Shown here in pieces: positions 58,646-64,000 of a DNA stretch of 64,000 nucleotides (its first letter is position 1; every line of letters starts with the position of its first letter). The notes below the pieces were generated by a model that was not told the origin of the DNA, did not search any database, and saw only the letters and a program-made list of their open reading frames with translations. Both the position numbers and the translations under genes were made by a program. Source of the stretch: Desulfatiglandales bacterium (GTDB taxonomy: Bacteria; Desulfobacterota; DSM-4660; Desulfatiglandales; HGW-15); NCBI GenBank assembly GCA_963667015.2, contig CAXXJJ010000001.1, positions 960,001 to 1,024,000 on the forward strand, in the 5' to 3' direction.

Positions 58646-60644
58646 TAGCCCGACTTTCGCTATTAGAGGGCTATAAAAAAATAACCCATTGAAAACAGGG
58701 GGTAAAATTTAAAAAGTCTTCACTACAGACGTATCTGATCCCATCGATATTTCAGGTGGAGGCTGGGGAGGTAATTTAAATTTGAGCCTGTCCAGAAGGA
58801 GTTGTTGGGCCTTGTCAGGTCTGGTATACCTGGACATTCTCAACTCTCGGCCATCGGTGGTTGGAACATGCACATCTATCATCTGAATGACTTTCAGCTG
58901 TTCCAGAATCGATCGAGGTGTCAGGCCAGGTGCGTATGTCCGGGCCAGCTTACGAAGAGTCACATGCAGGCAATATGCAAGAAATGATACAAATATATGA
59001 GCATCTATTCGTTCTTCAAGCTGGTGATATATTGGCCGAACCGATAAGTCTCCTTTCAAATTACGAAAAGCTTCCTCCACTTCCGTCAACAATATGTACT
59101 GCTCCCACAACTTCCCAGGCTCAGCACCACTCTGGTTGGTCCGCAAGAGGTATCTTCCATCTCGCCTGTAAAGCTTACGATATCTGCTGAGATTAATCCT
59201 CCAGAAAAATGTATCTTCATTGACTGGCTCGTTTATACCGGGAATCGTTATATCCAGCACACGTGCAAAACGGCCTGCATCCTTTTCTGCGGCTCCTATC
59301 TTTTTAAGCAGTTTATCCCTGTCTATTGTTTTTTGACTCCTTAACTCTTTCAGCCTGGATATAAAACGCATTAGTTTGCCCAGACGGATACCCCTTTCCT
59401 TTTTACGACGATCATCACTTTCTGCAAGGATGTAGAGATCTTTGTCTTCTGATAAGAACTTTACCCTTACCTTTTCTCTTACTTTATTCCATGGCTTTTC
59501 CGAAAGCGCTGTTTCATACCGGGACAGATGTCCCCGGGGTGTCCCTACCAGATAATATACCGGAGACTCTGATTCACGCATCTCCTTTAGAACCTCTTCG
59601 GTTGGTATCCCTCTGTCCATAATCCAGATGCGGTCAGCAGTTCCATAGCACCTGCCTATGTGTTCAAGCATCCCGCGTAATGTCTGTTTGTCCTGTGTAT
59701 TTCCGGGCAACACTTCATATGCAAGGGGAAATCCTTCAGGTGTAACCACCAGGGCTATGACTACCTGCACGCAATCATTACGTTTGTCTCTGCTATAACC
59801 AAACTGTCTCTTTCCCTGAAAGGGCGGATTACTTTCAAAATATGTACTGGTCAGATCGTACAAAAGAATTTCAAATTTTGTATCAAACAGATTTTCCCAT
59901 TTCTTTCTTAAATGCCTGAACAGCTCATCTTTATGTTCCAAAAGCTTATCATGACATCTGTACAATGTATCTTTTCCTGCTATCCTGAAGTCTTCTCCCA
60001 GCAGATCCCCCATGGCGCTATTATCATACCAATATCTGTGAAGACGCCATTCGCTGCCAGGGTCAATTAAACGGTATGTTACTAGGGTTTGGAGTACATT
60101 GCGCCACCTTGTACCTTTTCTACTTATACCTAATCGATCTTTCCAGAACTCCGATAATCCTAAAAGCTTCCATAGTTCACAGGCAAGCCAACAGGCTCCC
60201 CATTGCCTTGGACGGCTAAGCTCCAGCTTGCTCATTATTAACTGAACGCTGTTTTCAACTCCTTCCGGGATTTCTCTGTCCTCAGGAAACAAGGACATCT
60301 GCCGGTTCTCTTTGCCTTCAACAATTTCTATAGCCCTGGTCCATCCGGTTTTCTGACTGTCGTTGATTTCTCCCAGGTACAATAAAGTCTTTTGCACACT
60401 TCTGCCATCTCTTACTCGTCGGCTTTCGACAACGCTGTAATATCGGTGTGTCTTTCCGTCTTTTCTTCGGTTTGTTGATCTTAGGTACATACCCACATTC
60501 TCGCAACCATTATCATATATTGCAAGGGGGTAGGTCTTCACTACAACCGGTTTTCAAATCCTCACTATCGTGTTTTCAATTACTTACAGCTTAAAATATC
60601 GTGCTTTTTGTCAATTTCTTCCCCGAATAGCGAAAGTCGGGCTA
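58646..60644 (-). mobile_element. Complete IS1634-family insertion sequence
   Basis: Perfect 19-bp inverted repeat tagcccgactttcgctatt (58646-58664) / aatagcgaaagtcgggcta (60626-60644) around a DDE transposase. Confidence 0.92.
58709..60490 (-). CDS. IS1634-family DDE transposase
   Basis: YDLTSTYFE, FGYSRDKR, MDRGI, EEAFRNLK, RPIYHQ; probable start MYLR at 60490. Confidence 0.92.
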   Translation of the reverse strand: MYLRSTNRRKDGKTHRYYSVVESRRVRDGRSVQKTLLYLGEINDSQKTGWTRAIEIVEGKENRQMSLFPEDREIPEGVENSVQLIMSKLELSRPRQWGACWLACELWKLLGLSEFWKDRLGISRKGTRWRNVLQTLVTYRLIDPGSEWRLHRYWYDNSAMGDLLGEDFRIAGKDTLYRCHDKLLEHKDELFRHLRKKWENLFDTKFEILLYDLTSTYFESNPPFQGKRQFGYSRDKRNDCVQVVIALVVTPEGFPLAYEVLPGNTQDKQTLRGMLEHIGRCYGTADRIWIMDRGIPTEEVLKEMRESESPVYYLVGTPRGHLSRYETALSEKPWNKVREKVRVKFLSEDKDLYILAESDDRRKKERGIRLGKLMRFISRLKELRSQKTIDRDKLLKKIGAAEKDAGRFARVLDITIPGINEPVNEDTFFWRINLSRYRKLYRRDGRYLLRTNQSGAEPGKLWEQYILLTEVEEAFRNLKGDLSVRPIYHQLEERIDAHIFVSFLAYCLHVTLRKLARTYAPGLTPRSILEQLKVIQMIDVHVPTTDGRELRMSRYTRPDKAQQLLLDRLKFKLPPQPPPEISMGSDTSVVKTF

Positions 60645-61251
60645 ACCAGTGGCTGTTTCAATGGATAGTCCTTTTCTATCTGACTCAAAAGTACACATTG
60701 ATTTGCTTTATGCCCTTTTGGGGAGATGAAATTTGGTAAGGTAGAGATGATATGCAGATATGAAAAAAATCAGGAAATCATACTGTAACATGTAACTGTG
60801 TCACGTTACATATCGGTAAATATGTTACACGCGTTACATTTTGAAATAGGATATAATTACATATCCGCTTATCATTTTTGTGTTTTTTAAAGGGAATCCT
60901 CTATTTTTGTGATTAAAATATTTTAGAGCGACGAGCTGAATTTCAAGATAAAATCACTACCCATATTGCAGAGCAATTCAGCAGCGCAGAGTGAAAAATT
61001 AGTGATGTAAAGGCAATGTGAATATAGTAATAAGATGTATTTGAAAAAGCTGTAATCAAAGAAATACGGGCAATTCAGCCTACTCTCCTTTTTCGCAGTT
61101 TTTAAAAGCCGCCCTGTTTTATATCCCGCATATCAATATACCTGAGGATTTTTTGTCGCCCCTTCGCCATTAATCACAAGTATGATTTTCATAGTATTGG
61201 AACATTTTCAGTATGTTAGAAAATCAGCTTCATATCCCCTTTGAATAAATC

Positions 61252-61267
61252 TGGCTCAGCGTTTGCA
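61252..61267 (+). promoter_or_regulatory. Putative sigma-54 promoter
   Basis: tGGctcagcgtttGCa, GG-N10-GC. Confidence 0.5.
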
Positions 61268-61452
61268 ATATCATAGATTCCAGTTACTTCTGTGTTTTTC
61301 GGATGAAGCAAAATATTTACCTCTCATCCGGTAATTAGAAAAGGCGGGAACAGGAAAATGCAAGGCTTTATTAGTGTGATAACAACTTTACCTCATTAAT
61401 CGGTCCGGACTTGACTGCTTTTGAAATAAGACCAGGTGCAAAAGGAGGAATT

Positions 61453-61845
61453 ATGTTCAGGAAATTGATTGTACTCATATTTGCATGTGTAATTGTTATG
61501 CCAGCGGCAGGTTTTGCTTCTGAATCAGAAGAATTAAGGGTGTCCACGATTATATATAAAATTAAGGATAACGCCGCTCCCGAACAACTCAACAGGTTTA
61601 ATTCTTTAATAAAAAAAGAAGATATTGTAACAAAAAGAGAAATAGAGAACGAAAACATCAATGTTGTTGAGCTAAGGAATGTTAGAGGGAGCGAGAAAAA
61701 TTTTAGCATACTTTTAATGGATACCGGCGCAGTAATTATATTAACTCAATCCGATGTCAGTGTTCCGCATGCCCCTCCAGCTCCTCCTCCTTCTGCAATT
61801 GAGAGCGCGGAGAGAGAAACCAAAGGACAGCTTGACACATATTGA
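61453..61845 (+). CDS. Secreted protein; possibly a truncated peptidase prodomain
   Basis: RBS aaggagg; signal peptide; 'IIYKIKDNAAPEQ...VVEL' propeptide-like segment, then a Pro-rich tail. Confidence 0.45.
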   Translation: MFRKLIVLIFACVIVMPAAGFASESEELRVSTIIYKIKDNAAPEQLNRFNSLIKKEDIVTKREIENENINVVELRNVRGSEKNFSILLMDTGAVIILTQSDVSVPHAPPAPPPSAIESAERETKGQLDTY

Positions 61846-62250
61846 TACAGCGGATGCGGGCTTTACACTTTACAAGTGAGGCAACTGAGCATAACCGCTA
61901 TAAATATTATAAGGCAACAATGGCGGTAAATCTGATTATATTGTCACTGTCAGAATAAATTAATTCACCGTCATTTGGTATAGCTCTCCAGCAGAGAGCA
62001 TTACGTAATCTTTTGAGTCCCGCAGTGTAAGGCTGAAAATCCTCGTGGTCGCAATTCAACTCTGTGTCTCGGTACTTTGAGAAGATTAATATTGGAAAGG
62101 GGTTAGCTAACATCCGGTTAACTCCTTTTTTATTGTCTTTTTATTTCCTCCCGGACTGTTCAAAATAATATTTAAAGTATTAAAGATTTTATCCGATATA
62201 TTTCTAATTGAGAAGTTTTATAATCTTTATGTATTGATAGAATATAAATT

Positions 62251-62754
62251 ATGGTCAACCAGAACAATGCCTCTGCTATAAAAATATTTGTTCCCGATAA
62301 TAATATCGTTTCAATTGAATGTCCTTCCTGTAAAATTTCAAGAGAAGTTGATGTTTCGAAATATGTTAAGTCTGAAACCCTGGTCAGATTTAAAGTCAAA
62401 TGTTCCTGCGGAGATTCCTTTCTAGTTCTTTTAGAGAGGCGTGAATTTTACAGGAAATATACCAGTCTTAAAGGAACGTTCATTTATTCTCCAAAAACTG
62501 GACCAAAACAGAAGGGTTCTATAACCGTCTTGGATATCTCCCGTGGAGGTATCAAGTTTAAAACCGGGGCATCTACAGCTGCAAAAATAGGTGATTCCAT
62601 TGAAGTAGAATTTAATCTGGATAACCAGAAGAAATCATTGGTTAAAAAGCTTGTTACGATCCGGAATGTCAAGGATTGTATTATAAATGCCCAGTTCTGC
62701 TTTTTTGATTCCAATAACCCCGGAGATAAAGATATAGGATTCTATCTATTCTAG
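62251..62754 (+). CDS. PilZ-domain protein with N-terminal zinc ribbon
   Basis: CPSC...CSCG; RREFYRK (RxxxR) and DISRGG (DxSxxG). Confidence 0.85.
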   Translation: MVNQNNASAIKIFVPDNNIVSIECPSCKISREVDVSKYVKSETLVRFKVKCSCGDSFLVLLERREFYRKYTSLKGTFIYSPKTGPKQKGSITVLDISRGGIKFKTGASTAAKIGDSIEVEFNLDNQKKSLVKKLVTIRNVKDCIINAQFCFFDSNNPGDKDIGFYLF

Positions 62755-63362
62755 TTTTATTTTTGCAGCCAGTATGGTTGAAAAGCCGGATTTTTCTGCC
62801 TTAATCTGATCTTTTGCTTTTTTTGGCTATTTTTTTACATTTATTTAACATTTAGGTCATTGACATAGTTATAATGATTTTTTATGATTCATCATCAGGG
62901 TTAATACCCTTAGGAAGATCGGAACCATCTACTGTTGCTTACTTTCGCCAGCTCTCCGATCTTCCTTTTTTTATGCCTGTAACTGCCACGCTATCACTTA
63001 CTCTGAATTTCGCTGAAAAAAAGAGGACTCTTCCAGTTTCTGCAGAAAATCGGATTTATATTTTAAATATCGGTTGCTAATTCAAATAGTTAGATCTTTT
63101 CATGTAATTGGCAGAGATAAATGCTTAAAAAAGCGAAAGACCGAGAGAGGGGATCTCTCAGTCTTTCAGTCAAGTCTTTGCTAAATAGAAGTGTAGATCT
63201 ATGATATGTGAATAAGAAAGAGAAAGTCAATATAAAAGTTTGAGTTGCAAAATAATATTAATTAATTAAAGCAATGAATTATATACATGTTCTCTTTTTA
63301 TATTAAAGTATTGAGCCTCAACGCCGATAAGATATTAACTCCCTAAAATAAGATTTTTTTGT

Positions 63363-63408
63363 TGAAAGGTCGAGCCGGAGCCCCTCCACTCGGCCTTTCA
63401 TTTTTTTT
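63363..63408 (+). terminator. Terminator-like hairpin
   Basis: tgaaaggtcgag...ctcggcctttca followed by T8. Confidence 0.55.
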
Positions 63409-63485
63409 AAACTTCAATTCCCATTTTTATCAGTAAATGTTAATGTCTGCTAAATTTTTACCAGGATCATAACAGGAAAACATAC

Positions 63486-63791
63486 ATGTTTGAAGATGAA
63501 TGGGTTGATGAAGAAGATATTGCGCGGGAAAAGGCAAAGGCCAGGCAGCTAAGGCATACCGCATGGTGGTCAAGGCGGGTGCAGAACGGGATCTGTTATT
63601 ACTGCGGTGGCAATGTCGGCGCTAAAAATCTTACCATGGACCATATTGTGCCCATGAGCAGGGGAGGAAAGAGTAAAAAGGGTAACCTTGTGCCTGCATG
63701 CAAAGAGTGCAACAATAAAAAGAAATACCTGCTTCCGCTCGAATGGGCGGAATATCTTAATTCCCTCAAGGATGATGAATCTTCGGTCTAG
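63486..63791 (+). CDS. Small HNH endonuclease
   Basis: CYYCG, TMDHIVP, GNLVPACKECNNKK. Confidence 0.88.
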   Translation: MFEDEWVDEEDIAREKAKARQLRHTAWWSRRVQNGICYYCGGNVGAKNLTMDHIVPMSRGGKSKKGNLVPACKECNNKKKYLLPLEWAEYLNSLKDDESSV

Positions 63792-63795
63792 CCTA

Positions 63796-63999
63796 TCAGT
63801 ATACCTCTATGCATGTCCCGGGTATCTGGTCAGTCGCCATTCTGATGTATTCCGATGCCCTGCCCAGGTTAACTGCAATCTCCAGATGATTTGAACTGTT
63901 GATAAGCGCCATGAGCTTATCTTTATCATTGCCGGAATAGGTATCGGAGACCCCTGATATCTTATATTCACCTATCTTTATAACTGGTGTTTTATCTCC
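63796..63999 (-). CDS. SAM hydroxide adenosyltransferase (DUF62) C-terminus; partial at the window edge
   Basis: Minus strand reads ...SDTYSGNDKDKLMALINSSNHLEIAVNLGRAS...IEVY*. Confidence 0.7.
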   Translation of the reverse strand, partial: GDKTPVIKIGEYKISGVSDTYSGNDKDKLMALINSSNHLEIAVNLGRASEYIRMATDQIPGTCIEVY

Positions 64000-64000
64000 C

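Noticed and set aside
1..64000. tRNA or rRNA genes
   Set aside because: No cloverleaf or rRNA-like sequence was recognised; the IVP-family gene here is not inside an rRNA gene.

Overview
This is an AT-rich bacterial window; gene content suggests a deltaproteobacterium (Desulfobacterota-like), which is an inference. Positions 1-44.2 kb hold a co-oriented exosortase/PEP-CTERM-type exopolysaccharide locus: wzc-like C-terminus, ExeA-type ATPase with LysM/SPOR, tyrosine kinase, priming glycosyltransferase, two AsnB amidotransferases, a frameshifted epsI, exosortase, ACP, acyl-CoA ligase, hydrolases, deacetylase, GT2/GT4, Wzx and Wzy. Positions 44.4-56 kb are an accessory zone with two RAYT-like Y1 HUH transposase genes plus fragments and six PIN toxin-antitoxin pairs. 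These are followed by a GGG-CFI-tailed surface protein, a complete IS1634-family element, a PilZ gene, an HNH gene and a partial SAM hydroxide adenosyltransferase gene. The most striking signal is non-coding. Nearly every intergenic gap from 0.35 to 17.1 kb and from 44.6 to 58.6 kb carries hairpin elements built from short-period repeats (7, 9 or 10 nt). Each of two GxxExxY nuclease genes is bracketed by its own repeat family, and gene-less copies of those families are scattered through the operon, as in RAYT/REPIN systems. A four-helix-bundle (IVP/Avd-like) gene and a nucleotidyltransferase pair sit inside heptamer inverted arms. Four elements carry the same covarying ~120-nt three-stem RNA-like motif. 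Smaller hairpin modules nest inside the larger elements, with filled and empty alleles both visible, and one lies in frame within a protein-coding gene.
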